Shown one piece after another: positions 24,470 through 37,400 of a stretch of 64,000 nucleotides of DNA. The stretch spans positions 66,898,001-66,962,000 of the forward strand of contig OZ241829.1 in assembly GCA_965202585.1 (NCBI GenBank), given 5' to 3'. Source of the stretch: Thalia democratica (taxonomy: Eukaryota). Every line of letters begins with the position of its first letter. Positions within the stretch are counted from its first letter, which is position 1. Below the pieces are notes generated by a model. That model made no database searches. It worked only from the letters and a program-made list of their open reading frames with translations, and was not told the origin of the DNA. The translations under genes were made by a program, and so were the position numbers.

Positions 24470-24790
24470 ATTTAAAGTAGAATCGTCGGTTGTTAGGCAA
24501 TTTATCGCTAAGTTTTGTCGCTTGTTCAGAAGTAGGTCTTTATGTTCTGCTGCAATTACTGCTCTTTCTGTATTGCAAATTGGGCAAATTCTACTTACTC
24601 CGTTGGATGTATGTTTGATCTTTCAAACAATACTCCACTCCATGTTTGGCCTTTTACCGTACCTATGAAAAAGCTCCAGACATAATCCGATAAACGCGTG
24701 CTTTGTTTTTTATTTATATTTTTAAAAGTATGTTTATGGTTAGCATATCTATCTTTGAAACTACCTGCTGTACTTCTAATATAAATTTTA
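24470..24790 (-). mobile_element. Penelope-like retroelement remnant (GIY-YIG and C-terminal Cys module)
   Basis: Minus strand reads IRSTAGSFKDRYANHKHTF...STRLSDYVWS...MEWSIV.KIKHTSNGVSRICPICNTERAVIAAEHKDLLLNKRQNLAINC across frameshifts. Confidence 0.8.
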
Positions 24791-25027
24791 GATAAAATTT
24801 AAATTTTTGATATATTGTAACATTTTTATCTAAAAAAGAAATGTAACATGCAACAAAAATTAATAGATACTTAAATTTAACTAAAAATAAAAAAAAAGAA
24901 GTTTTGTCCTTTTATTTTCGTACAAAGGCTTAAATTGCATTTCGCTTTACCACAAGCTGGAAAAAGTATTTCGAGATGAAACTCATACTGGCGAAAATGA
25001 TACTCGTGTGCATTTGTGCTTCTAAGG

Positions 25028-25379
25028 CAGGGGTCGGCAGCCTTATGTAACTCGCGGGCCAATACTCCTAGGATAAATTTCTCGTGGGCCGCACTATTTA
25101 GAAAAAAACCTTTGAGGGCCAAATTTATTTGAAAAAATTCTTTTAATCAGTAGAAAATTTTTATTTGAAATAAAAATATGGTAACTTAAGCAACTTAATA
25201 GCACTAATAAAGAGTATATGTTGAATTAAGATCGTAACTGTAAGTTTGTATTACAAAATCTTTAAATTTATTTCATTGTTTTAAAACTTAACATTTTTGT
25301 CTGAAAAGGAGCTCTCGGACCGCGTATTTTGACTTTTAGGGCTGTATTTGGCCCGCGGGCCGCAGTTTGCTAACCCTTG
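25028..25379. mobile_element. hAT-like MITE (CAGGGGTCGGCA TIR)
   Basis: TIR CAGGGGTCGGCA / TTGCTAACCCTTG, subterminal GCGGGCC motifs, 8-bp TSD TTCTAAGG / TTCTAACG. Confidence 0.85.
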
Positions 25380-25440
25380 TTCTAACGCTACTAGGCTGAT
25401 TGAAATAAATGATGACCAAATTCACCCGAACAAGTTTTTA

Positions 25441-28400
25441 TGCAAACTGCTTTCTTTAAACTCAATTCGATGCAACTTCAAGCACGAGCCTGTTTTCTAG
25501 TCTGACAACAGGACGTACGGGAACAAATGCCAACTTGCTAAATGTTCCTACCAAAGTGCGAAGCCTTTTTAGGCTGGCAAGTTTAGCGAAATGCGATTTT
25601 CGGGAATGCTCAAGGTCCTGTTCGCTGGAGTGCGAACCGGTCTGCGCAACCAACAACATTTCAACAACAGGTGCTTTTTGAACATGGCAGATTGCAACGC
25701 GGTGAAAAGAGGCGGTGAAGGATTTCCTGCCAAGCACAATGGTAGATGCCTTGCCTGCAACAAAGTGCGTTTTAAAATTCACCTGTCTGTTTGCGGTTCC
25801 AACGGAAAATCGTACGCTGACAAAAAGCTTCTTTTTTTAGCTTTGAGTTAAAAGCGTTTTAGAAGGGGCAAGGTAGTTTTTTTTTTGAAATGTTTTATTT
25901 ATGTTTTATAATGACTTTTATTAGAGTTTTCTAATGTTTTTTTGGGGAACGGGTCTAAATTGCGCGAAGACAAAAGTGCACGAGGTTACTAAATTGCACG
26001 CGGGGACTAAATTGCACGAGAACAGAATTGCACGAGTGTACAAAATTGCACGAAGATACTTTTGCACGAAGACTAATCTGCACGCGGGCACAAAATTGCA
26101 CGAAGACTATTTTGCACGGAAGGTCGATTTTGCATGAGTTACAATTTTGCACGGAAGGTCAATTTTGCACGACAGACAGTTTTGCACGGAGGGTCAATTT
26201 TGCACAAAAAATGTAAACTTAAAATAACTAAACAAAAAATATAATAAAATCTTTATGTTTTATAAAAAAATAATAATAAGCATGTGCTAATGTAGTTCAT
26301 TCTAATTTAAACAGGTATAAACTAATTTTAATTAATTTATTAAATATGTATAACCTTTTTTTAATTGAAACTAAATTAATGTGTTTAAAAACTATTCTAA
26401 ATTAAAATTTTATTTTAATAAAAATAAAACTAGAATTTTATCATACTTCAAATAATCCTTATTTAAAAATAGACATGTATTGATGTAAACATAAATTATA
26501 TTATAATTATACTAAATTTAAATTTGAAATAAAAAAGATTAAAAATAAATAAATAAAAATTTACATGGGTAGGTGTTAAAATTGCGCGAGTGTACAAAAT
26601 TGCACGAGGAGACAAAATTGCACGAAGATACTTTTGTACAGAAAAAACGAGCTTGCGAAATTACAATTAAATAAATTTAGAAAAGAGAAAATCCGTCTTT
26701 TGAAATTTTTATTGTGCATTGTACAAAAAGTTCTGTTACAGCTTTGTACTTCCATAAATTATACTTAAAATTGTACTTTTTTGTTTTATATAAAAGTTTT
26801 AAACCTAATTTATATATCATTATTTTATATTTTTCTAAACTTTATCTTAGTTGCATCAGTATTTGCACGCGTTTTAGTCTAATCAGCTCTTAAGTTTCTC
26901 CTGCTCTGTATTTTCTCTTTATCTAACCAAGACTTGCGAAAAAGCACTGTCAGAAGCAATTTTATTTATACATTTTTAGAAGAAAAAGGAAATATAAGCT
27001 TTTGACTTAAATGAAACAAACAAAATAATACAACAGCTACAATTAGTTAATTTCTATTTTTAACAAAAAATAATAGTTTAAACAAAACTCTTATTTTGGT
27101 AATTAAATTTTAATAACGGTTAGAATCTAATTTTATAATCTAGTTTTTATTTTTATTTATATAAATTTTTTTGATAGATTTTTGTTTATTATTTAAATTG
27201 ATCATTTTAACTTTAATATTTATTATTATTTCATTTAAATTTATTTAGTTATTTATTTCATTTAATTTGACTTTTTATATTAATTTTAATAACTTTTGTT
27301 TTGGATTTTTATTTAATGTATTTATTATTTAATTTTTAATTTTTGTAAATCTTAAATGTTTTTTGATTTAAAATAACTTTTTTATTATTAAGTTAGTTGA
27401 TTTTTTATATTCTTACATTTTTATTATTTAAAAAAATGTAATCAACATTTAATTTATTTTTACTGGAAAATATTTTTTTTTACTTAAAAGTAATATATAT
27501 ATTTTTTTATTTACTTAAATTTTCACTATTTTATTTTATAATTTTTACTTAATATTTTTTTCTTAAATTTTCCTTATTTAGTTATTAAATTTTATAATTC
27601 AGATTTTTTTTATTTTTTTGAATAATATGTAATTTTGTTTCGTATTTTTTATTATTAAATTATAAAATTTTTAATTTTTTTTTTTTTTTTAATTTTTTTT
27701 TATTTTTCGTCATTTAGTTATTAAATTTAATAATTCAGATTTATTTTTTTGAATATTATATAGTTTTGTTTAGAATTTTTTTTATTAAGTTATAGTTTTT
27801 TTAATTCTGATTTTTTTATTTTTTAAATAATATTAAAAAAATTCGTGCAATTTTGTCCCCTCGTGCAAAAATGTCTACGCGCAATTTTGACCCGTCCCTG
27901 GGAAGGAAACAAAACCCGTGCAAAATTGACCCTCCGTGCTAAGTTGTCACTCGTGCAAAAATGACCCTTCGTGCAAAAGTGTCTGCGTGCAAAATTGTCT
28001 GCTCGTGCAAAAATATACCCTCGTGCAAAAGTGTCTTCGTGCAAAAGTGAGCCTTCGTGCAATTTTGTCTGCGTGCAATTTTATCTTCGTGCAATTTTGT
28101 GCTCTCGTGCAAATTAGTCTTCGTGCAAAAGTATCTTCGTGCAATTTTGTGTTTTCGTGCAATTTTGTCCCCTCGTGCAATTTTGTACGCTCGCGCAATT
28201 TAGACACCTACCCGTTTTTTTGATACCTAAAGGGAACTTTACAAAAGTAAACTACAGGCTTTTATATAAATTAACGTTTTAAAAATTTTTTGTGGTTTTT
28301 TTCATTCTAATATTATTTTTAATACAGGTTTTATTTTGGATATTACCAGAAGTTGAATAGTAGTACATAATTTGTATTGCAAGTTTGTTTTAAGCTATTT

Positions 28401-28692
28401 TTTGAATAATCGAACAGTCAAACTTAAATTAAAAAAAAACATTTCGCTTCAACATTATTAGTGTAGTTTAAATTTAAAAAAAACGTTAAGTATAGACGTT
28501 TTCACAGATGTTTACTGGAAATTGAGCAATGCTTGGCAAAAAGACAAGGAAGAAAAGTGGCAACAGTTGAGAGCATAGGGAGATGCAAAAAGGGTGTCCT
28601 ACTCTTGCGCAGAGTTTTACGACCTGGTGTGTGCTTCTAATGGCAGGACTTACTCGAACACTTGCTTCTTCAAAATTGCAGTTAAAAATTAA
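25441..28692 (+). pseudogene. Multi-domain Kazal-type serine protease inhibitor pseudogene (about 4 domains, two blocks: 25441-25823 and 28508-28692)
   Basis: Kazal motifs CNFKHEPVF*SDNRTYGNKCQL; CSRSCSLECEPVCATN(fs)FNNRCFLNMADC...HNGRC; CNKVRFKIHLSVCGSNGKSYADK|CLLEIEQC...SIGRC; CAEFYDLVCASNGRTYSNTCFF. TAG stops at 25498 and 25570, several frameshifts, and no GT donor after 25823. Confidence 0.85.
25945..28213. mobile_element. Foldback-like Mutator (MULE/Phantom-type) non-autonomous element
   Basis: Perfect 9-bp TSD GTTTTTTTG (25936-25944 and 28214-28222). GGG termini with core GTCTAAATTGCGCGA. Inverted arrays of about 19-bp AAATTGCACGAGG.. repeats at 25955-26210 and 27915-28200. Extremely AT-rich interior. 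Confidence 0.85.
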
Positions 28693-29101
28693 ATTTTTTA
28701 ACTTATATTTATAACAACAATTGTTTGTATGTTACGCAAAAAGTATAAATTTTAAGTTATACAAATTAAACGGTAATACTAGACAATAATAACTAAAATA
28801 AACTACTTTAAAAGAAGTAATGAATTTTTAATTTTAAAATAAAACACACGCACATTTTACCACGAATAAAGAGCTTGCATCTTTATTTTGTAATAATTAT
28901 CCATTACACTAAAATCTTACTTGCTCACAATGGTTGAAAAAGATAGAAAGTAAAGTAAGTTAACGGATTCTTCCTTTTTCCGGTCTTTTCTCATTTAAAA
29001 AGTTCGAGACGTGCTAGTTACTGTTCGAATACGCTGCAGTTACTAGAGGAAAAGTAAAAAAGGAGTGCTTATTGAGCAACTACTTTTAAATACCTTTTAA
29101 T

Positions 29102-30893
29102 TAGTGATGTACCGGACTCACTATCCGGGTCCGGGTCCGGTCGGATATTGCCATTTTTGTCTGATATCCGGATCCGGCCGGATTCTAATTTGAAAAAAAA
29201 GTCCGGATCCGGTTCCTGCCGGACTTTAATTTGAAAAAAAAGTCCGGGTCCGGTTCCGGCCGGATTCTAATTTGAAAAAAAAAGTCCGGATCCGGGTCCG
29301 GCCGGATCCTAACAGAGATCCGGCCGGACCCGGTCTAGTTAGTAAAAAAGAGCATACTGAAAAGTATTTTTTCAAAAACAAACCCTGTGTAAATTAACAA
29401 GAGTCATTTTCGTCAGTTAAAATTAAACACCTACCGTGATTGGCTCATTTTGTACACATGACTAATTTACATTTGTTTACATTTAAACTATGAAATAAAC
29501 ATTTCATAAAATGCAACTCTTTACATATGTTGTAAAATTGAAAACTTTGGAATGAATACTTGCATTATTTATTGTTTAAAGTTGAGCTCAGAGAATATTT
29601 AGAGTTAATACGGTTGAATGTACGAGCCAATAAGAATCTTCTGACGAAATGTTTTAAACTAAATACTGATGCAACAAAACATCAGAACATGACAGGCAGT
29701 TTATATGTAATCAGTTAGTTAGTTTGGTGTGTAGCTTGAAGCAACAAAATATCTTGAACTTTTTTGTGAATGCTTATTGTAAGTAGTGTTTTGTTTTAAA
29801 AGTGAATATTTCATCAAGTGTTTAATTGTTTAAATATTTAATACAGGTTTGTAGTTTAATAGTTTATTAAAAATTTTTCAGTTTCTTGTTTACTAATAGT
29901 TTAATTTAATTTTAGTTTTTTGTTTTAAGTCTTTTGATATAGATTTAAATAGTTTCCAGTTTTTAAAGTGTTACCAAAGTAATTAATAATTTTGTATATG
30001 CTAGTATTTCTTGTTGTGTTTTATATAAAAGATTCATCACTCAAAACTGTCGTGTCTGATTATAGAAAGTAGTCTCAGTTATAATTTAGTATTTGTTAGA
30101 TATTAATTAAATAAGGTAGTATTTAAATATGATGGGTAGTACTAATAAGTTAAGTGTACCACAATCAGTCAACAACTTTACTACCAAATTGTCAACCTTT
30201 GATAGCTGTTTTACTGATTATTAGATTAAAGTATTTTTTTCAGTTTTTAAAATCTCTTTCTGACTCAGGCTTATTTATACTCATTCTAACTAGTTTTATT
30301 GACTTAAACAGTGGCAACCTTGCTAATTTGAAAATTTTTGGGAATTTTAGAAAATCTTGGACTACCTCAGGCTAGTTTAGTTTTATATAAAAATTCAGGC
30401 TAGTTTTCTTTTAGATTTGAATGAGTTTGAGCTGATCCAGTTTCAAATATTTTGTAATTTTCTAGTGTATTTTGTTTAAGAACTTGATTTCAGATTTTTA
30501 ATTGTAAATAACACCTAAATTTGTAAATCTTGTGGCTAGCTGTTCTACTTATTATTAGATTAAAGTTCTTTTTTTTTAAGTTTTAAAAAACCTCATTCTG
30601 ACTTAGGCTAGTATATTATAGTGATGTACCGCACTCACTATCCGGGTCCGGGTCCGGCCGGATATTGTTATTTTTGTCTGATATCCGGATCCGGCCGGAT
30701 TCTAATTTGAAAAATAAGTCCGGATCCGGTTCCGGCCGGACTTTAATTTGAAAAAAAAGTCCGGATCCGGTTCCGGCCGGATTCTAATTTGAAAAAAAAG
30801 TCCGGATCCGGTTCCGGCCGGATTCTAATTTGAAAAAAAAAGTCCGGATCCGGGTCCGGCCGGACCCGAAATTGTGGGTCCGGTACATCACTA
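29102..30893. mobile_element. hAT-like element with TAGTGATGTACCG TIR and duplicated left end
   Basis: Left ends at 29102 and 30619, one right end CGGTACATCACTA at 30893. The 8-bp TSD CTTTTAAT flanks 29102 and 30893. About 42-bp CCGGATCCGGTTCCGGCCGGATTCTAATTTGAAAA repeats. Confidence 0.85.
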
Positions 30894-31634
30894 CTTTTAA
30901 TAGAAAGTCCTAAGGAAATAATAACTGTTTTATTTTTATATATTTTTTCTAAATTTAGACATGGTTATATTTATCAAAACTTCTAATAATAATTTTGTAT
31001 AGTTGAACGTACATTTAGCATTGAGCATAAAGTTTTAGCAGTCTTGTTTTTATGATATATATTCATTAGTTTATTTATTAATCGTTAAAATTTAATACTA
31101 AAATAAATAAGAAGCGTACTTTATTTTATGTTTAATCTGTTTTTAAGCTTTTAAACCATGTTAATCATTATCTGGATTTTTATTGTAGAAAAAAGTTGAA
31201 TATCATTGTACAGGGTTTTACTTTTTACTAAGTAGGTCAAGTTTATACATAATATAAAATACTTTTAGTATGCATTTAAGAAAAAAAAAAGTTTATTTTA
31301 TATATTAACTTTTTAATATAAGAGTTTTATTTATATGTAAATAAAACAGAGTTTAGGTATGTAAAGATACATAAAAACTTGCATTTTGTTCTTCTTAATG
31401 AAACTACTACAACACTTGTTATAAAACTTTGGTTTTATATCCACTTATTATTTTGTTTTTCCGTATATTAATTTTAATTAAAAGCTTAGATAGTATTTAG
31501 TTGTAAGTAATATTAGTAATAATTTAAATTAAATTAATTAAATGGAAAGTTACGGCTTAAACGCGATAACTAATAAAAATAAGTTCCAAATTTGTTTAAT
31601 TTATAACAACTTAACTTTTATTTTACCGTCGGTT

Positions 31635-33377
31635 ATGTTTAATTTGGCGATTTTTACGTATTTGGTTATACCAACAGTTTCCAATGCGAAACAAAATATC
31701 CTCGATTCTATCTACTGGAATACAACTAATTCTGAGTAAGTTAAAAAAAAAAACATACTTCATTTATTTTACTTAAACTTGAATTTAACAAAGCAGTACT
31801 ATCGATTTAGTTTTCTTTTCTCATAGTTCGTTAAAAGTGTTTTAAAATGTTAATTTTAATTTCAAACAGAATTACTACAAAATATTTTATTATGAGCGTG
31901 ATCTTGTTTGACACTCTGCCGTTCAAATGTCCATATGTCAGTGGCAAGGAATATAGAAGTGAAAACCTGTTTGTTTCAATCTTTTTCGTCGACGAGTGTG
32001 GCTACCAGAACTGCGATTCTTCCGGCGGAATATTTTTGAAAAGCTGCTCGCGTCCTTTTGACGTATTAATGCCGTACAACTTCTACTTTACCGACGTTTC
32101 TCCTTCAGAGTACGTTCCTGAGGTGTACCCGAACAAACTTACTATTTCATATGTAAGTAATAAATTTTGATAAAGGTTTTTTGAAGAAAAAGTTAGACAT
32201 TTGATATGTTGTTATCTCGTTTCGAACATTAAAGTTTTAAAAGAACTTAAATTAAAATAAAAAATAATCATATAAAAAAACATACAACATATTTATTATT
32301 AAAAAAAATTTTTGAGAACAATCATTTTATTACAACTTCCACCGGTAGTAAAAGTGGTTTAAGATATATGAAAGAAGGCTTATGCAGGAAAAATAACCTG
32401 CGAATAAACGATCACGTTGAACTTCCTACAGAAGGTATGTATTTTATAGAAAAAAATTAAATATTTAACTGAATAAGATACTCAAGAAGGTTGTAGAAAA
32501 TACTTTAATGTGTTAGTATGAGTGTTTTTAGACATTAAACTCAAAATTTTAACGGTAGTATAAGAAAGTTTTTAATTTTAGTTAGAACCACAAAATTTGA
32601 AAAAGTATAAACATTTATCACATTAATTTGAAAACACTTAAACATTTTTTTATATATTTAAATAAACTACTCAAGATCTCCTATAGTTTTGTTTTTATGT
32701 TCAATTTTTTGTACGAAATTAAAATAAGGCAACTGCAAAAGATAAACCTGTTTTTTGTATTTAAAAATATGTTTCTTTTAAAACAAATCTTATATGTTAG
32801 TAGTGAAGAAAAGCACAAAGTAGATTCAGGCAAAACATCCACAGAACTCTCAGAAAAATCACAAAAGATCTCATAAGTTTGGGTAACAGACTATTTAGAA
32901 AAACTGAGATATGACTTTAATAATATTCAAGAAAACAAACTAAACAATACAACGTTGACAAAGTATTCAGAACAAGTAAATCAACGAGACTTGGTCGGAG
33001 TGACTGCCGTTATTATCGCTTTGACGTTGATTTCCCTTATGATTCTAATTGTTCACACTATAAAAAGCAATAAAAAGAGAAGCAAAGACTACATATTCGA
33101 TCAGTGCTACATAGACAAGCAAATCGACAATAAAAATTCACAGTTTACGCAAATAAACAGAAGCAACTTAAAGAGAAATCAAGCACCAAATGAACCAACA
33201 AGCAATCTTTTTAACGAACACATTTATAACTCGGTCAACAATGAAATATCATCTCTGCAAAAATCGAGACGTTGTAGTTGTACTAGATCTAATGAGAGTA
33301 ACTATTCTAATCATTCTGCTTATCGCACGTCTAACGAAGGTTACTATAGCAACGGTAGTACTGTAGTTCATGTGTAA
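31635..33377 (+). pseudogene. EFNB: Ephrin-B-type gene copy 1 (transmembrane, PDZ tail); disrupted, or rescued only by non-canonical splicing
   Basis: Exon 1 31635-31735 (signal peptide, IYWNTTN); exon 2 31870-32152 (LFDTLPFKCP...CDS...CSRP); exon 3 about 32317/32333-32434 (TSTG..GL....EGLC); exon 4 to 33377 (TM VGVTAVIIALTLISLMILIV, tail GYYSNGSTVVHV). Four ephrin cysteines present. Lesions: 1-bp deletion near 32140, missing CAG at the exon 3 acceptor, TAA at 32874. Confidence 0.85.
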
Positions 33378-36300
33378 TAACAAATGGTTTGAGCAATCTG
33401 CTTATTTGATATTGTAATTTTTTTTGTATAGATTATGAAGCACAATATTATCAAATTTTATTCATACTTTAATAAATATTAAGTTTTTGAATTTAGATAT
33501 CACGATAATAAATTGATATATTTTGAATAACAGATTGTTGTTAAAAAAAATTGAAACCAAATGTAAAATATTTTTTGTTAATTTTACTATAGGTAAATGC
33601 AGTCATTTGAATTATTACTCACATGTTTACAACTTAAAATTTTTAATTCCTATATTAACGTTATGTTTTTTTTCAACCTTTTTATTTGAGTTATAATTAT
33701 TTTATTAAAAAAGAGCAGTTTTAAACTTTTCTCATTATAACAAGAGTTCAATTATAATAAATGATTAATTTAAGTCTAGTTTTTATTTTATTTTTAAAAC
33801 TTCAAGGATTAAATATTCAAAAGTATATTGCGACTAGATAGAGCCTTGGCACTGATTAAGTTTTCTTCAGGAGATCATCGTTATAGCTATAAATTATTAA
33901 AGTTGTTAAACTTTGGCTCTATTCATGACAAAATTTGTTTGTGTTTACTCAAGTTTTTTTTTCTTAAGTAAAATAAAAAAATTCGTTTCTTCTTTGTAAA
34001 GTTTTAATTTTAAGTACTTTATTGTTATCAACACAGAGTTTATCTAAGAAAATTGAGTACTAAATTACATATAAAAAGAAGTTATTTGTGTTTGAATTGT
34101 ACGAAAACGTTAGTTTAAAATTAAATATTAAATATCTAAAATATTTGTAAATTTAAAATACTATTGTTTAATAAAGAATTCATACATAGATTAGTTATAT
34201 CGATAAATAACAAATAAAAATACTTTTTTGTGCTACATTATCAAAATATCAATATAACAACTTATTTCAAAACATAATACTCTAAAATAAATTAAAACTG
34301 TGTATGTAAACTAAAACTGTTATCTACTTGCAATAAGTTATTTAAAGTTTTTTCTAAAAAATATCAAAAATTAATAGCAAAGAGTCGAAAAATCTTAAAT
34401 GATTACCATTTTGTTTAAAATGTTTAAAATCATAAAACTTTATAGATTATCTTATTGAAACTATGATTAAGTACTTAACAGTAAAATAGAGTATAATATT
34501 TCTATTCTTAATGATGAAGCAATAAGTCAACTTTGCTGCAAAATATATTTTAAACAATTTTATATAAGTATGTACATTAAAACAGAGTAACAAGAGAAAA
34601 ATGTTATTTAGTAAAAAGTGTATAACAATAAAAATCAACGAAAAAAATAATCTGAATAAAGTATCTAACTAAGCAAATAATATTCTGGTGAAATCAAAAA
34701 CTTTGTTTTATAGTAGAGTTTTTTAAAACTTTAATAAGTTTAAGGTCAAAAGTTCTCACTTAAATATCAATATTTATTTCATTATTTTAATTTTATTAAT
34801 TTGTTATACTATATATGTTTTAGGTTTTTACCTGAATTTGAATAAATATTTTTTTTGAATAAAAAGTACATTTTATGAGTCATACCTAATATAGTGCAGA
34901 ACTGTTTAATTAAAAACATACACACATAGAGTTTATAAAAGCATAAAAAATAATAATTAATGAAAGTTATAACTTATGTTTTGCTTATTCGATTTTAATT
35001 TAACATTAATACTGTAGCTTACAAGTGTTATCAAGAATCTCTTTTATATATTAAAATAAAATTTACTTATTGATACAAAAAATATATAATCTGGTAGTTT
35101 TTTCTTATATTCATTTAGCTATTGTTTATAAAAACTTCGTTTCTTTGTCTAAAAAAAAAACAAAAATAAAGTTATACTTGTTTAACAAGAACTATATACA
35201 GTGTATCAAGATCTATAAACATTTAAAGTTTGTTTCGTTTAAGTAACCCATTTATATAGAAATGTTTATACAAAATGTTTAAAGTAAATAAGTTTCTTTG
35301 GTATAAATTACTATTAATAAATAATTCATTGTTGTGAAGAAATTAAACTGTGGAATAAAAAAAGCTATTCTACTGCTATCAAGTTAGTAAAGTAGCTTAG
35401 TTGAATTTCACATATGAGTCACTATAGTTAGTTCCTATACAGACTAAAAAAATCAATATCTGGCTTTGATAAAACGTATTTTTAAGTCATCAAAGTTTAA
35501 TCATTATTAGCTATACCATGTGAAACTTATTTAAACCTTGAGTTTGTATCGTCGAATAAGTTCAGTCATCACTCAGTTTTTATAAATTACTAAGCTGAAC
35601 TTGAATGACTGTTTTACACAAAAATAAAACTGACACTTTTGTTTTAAAGCCAAAAATTTTGCTTTGGTAAAAATTCATTGCGGTTAAAATATATTTTGTA
35701 TATTAAAACAGGATAAACTCCAAATATTACAATTTTTAGAATAACGTTAGGTTTAAAATTTAAACCATAACAATTTTTTAAGCAAAATTAGTCCATACTA
35801 AAGTTATACTCAAGTTTAATATGTATTTGTAGTATATATAACAAAATTTAATGTTTAGAAAGAGTTAAGTGAAGGTTTCAATGTCAAAATACTTATTTAT
35901 AGCAACTATTTAATTAAGTGAGAAGATTTTTTCTCAAAAGGTCTAGTTTGATTATATAAACTAAAATGAACGTAAAAATGCTGTTTTTACAATTATTTTT
36001 CATTGATTTAAACATTAGCAGTAAATTTAAAATACGAAAGTATTTTATATCTATACTGTAGGATTTGTATACTATTGATTTTATATATTAGGGTATACAA
36101 AAAAATATTACCAACATTTAATTCTTATCTGCTTGATAAATCTTTATAGGTACCGTAGTTTTATTAGTTACGCTAAAAGTAAAACAACAGGCACACGTTA
36201 AGAAAAACATGCATTTGTGAAACATGCATTTGTAAAAGAAAACTAGGTTTCACCTTTTCAAACAGGACAACTATGTTGCTTGTTAACTTATAAATAGTAA

Positions 36301-36599
36301 AATATTTAATTGTTAGTGTTAGTCTTTAGTTCATTTATTAAAATAAAAACTTTACTAATAATATTTAAAGTTGACTTTATACTCAGTGAAGAAAGTGCTC
36401 TCTTAAAACATAATAAACCTATACTGTGTTTGCATATTAAAAGTTATTAGCAATTTAACTAATTGTCTAACTCCTAAAAATAAACATTAGTGTTGTTTGT
36501 TTAAAAAAAAAAAACAGGAAAGTGTCAAAATAAGTGAGATAGAATAAAATCTGTTTGTAAACTGTTTTTGAATTGCAATTTATAGCATGTTCATTTTGT

Positions 36600-37400
36600 T
36601 TTCACAATAACACCATGAGTTTTTAAGGAGCATGTAATCTTGTAAGTTACTTTAGACGCCGTTTATAGCATTCATATTGGCGCGACTGTGTTTTAGTTCA
36701 GCGATCATATTTAAGAGTCTTCAAGCGTAAAGTTTCCCTTTAGTTTTCTACACTTAGAAGTGTTAAAGATTTATTAAAGTTATACTTCACATGTTCTTTT
36801 GTTAGAAACAGAGTCTTCTGTTTTGCATATTTTCTTTGAAATAAGTTTTTGTTTTAAATATAATTTAATACTTCGGGCCACTGAATCCATAGCATTTTTT
36901 CGTTCTAAACTCAATAAACACTTTTATTTTCGAAAATTTAATTGGGCTTAGTAAAAAAAAAATCTTGATTTTTGATAAAAAAGTTATTATAGTAATTTAG
37001 TTTAAAAATTGGAAAACTTTTAATAAACCAACTTCAAAGCTTGGTCAATTGGAAAATTTTAAAGTTAAATAAATCTAGCTAAAAAAGTTGCTTTGGTACC
37101 AAAACATAACCTTTATTTTAATAAACAGCAGCTTGAAATATTTATTTTCATTTGCTGTGATGATTTCAAAGAAACTTTTTTTTAACTACGTGTTAGTTCA
37201 AAAATCATAAAATATTTGTACTATTAAGGAAGTTATTTTTAGCTGCCAAATTTAAAGCTGAAAAAGCATTTTTATTACGATAGCTGTTTACGTTACAGTC
37301 TTTTGTTGCAGACATATAACGACGTTTGAAATGTGTGTAAAAGTTCATATCTAGCCACAACAAAAGCTTCGTTTCTAAAATATCACACACGTAAACAAAT
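36600..37400 (-). pseudogene. Decayed ankyrin-repeat-like coding remnant
   Basis: DCNVNSYRNKNAFSALNLAAKNNFL and LKHSRANMNAINGV resemble ankyrin GADVNAKD..G.TALHLAA; broken by stops. Confidence 0.35.

Noticed and set aside
27000-27830. Nearly pure A/T tract
   Set aside because: Low-complexity interior of the Mutator element; no separate structure seen.
25934-28223. Short ORFs such as MHEGTKLHEDTFARR and CNFVHSCN in the ORF track
   Set aside because: They are translations of the TTGCACGA subterminal repeat arrays, open on both strands, and are not genes.
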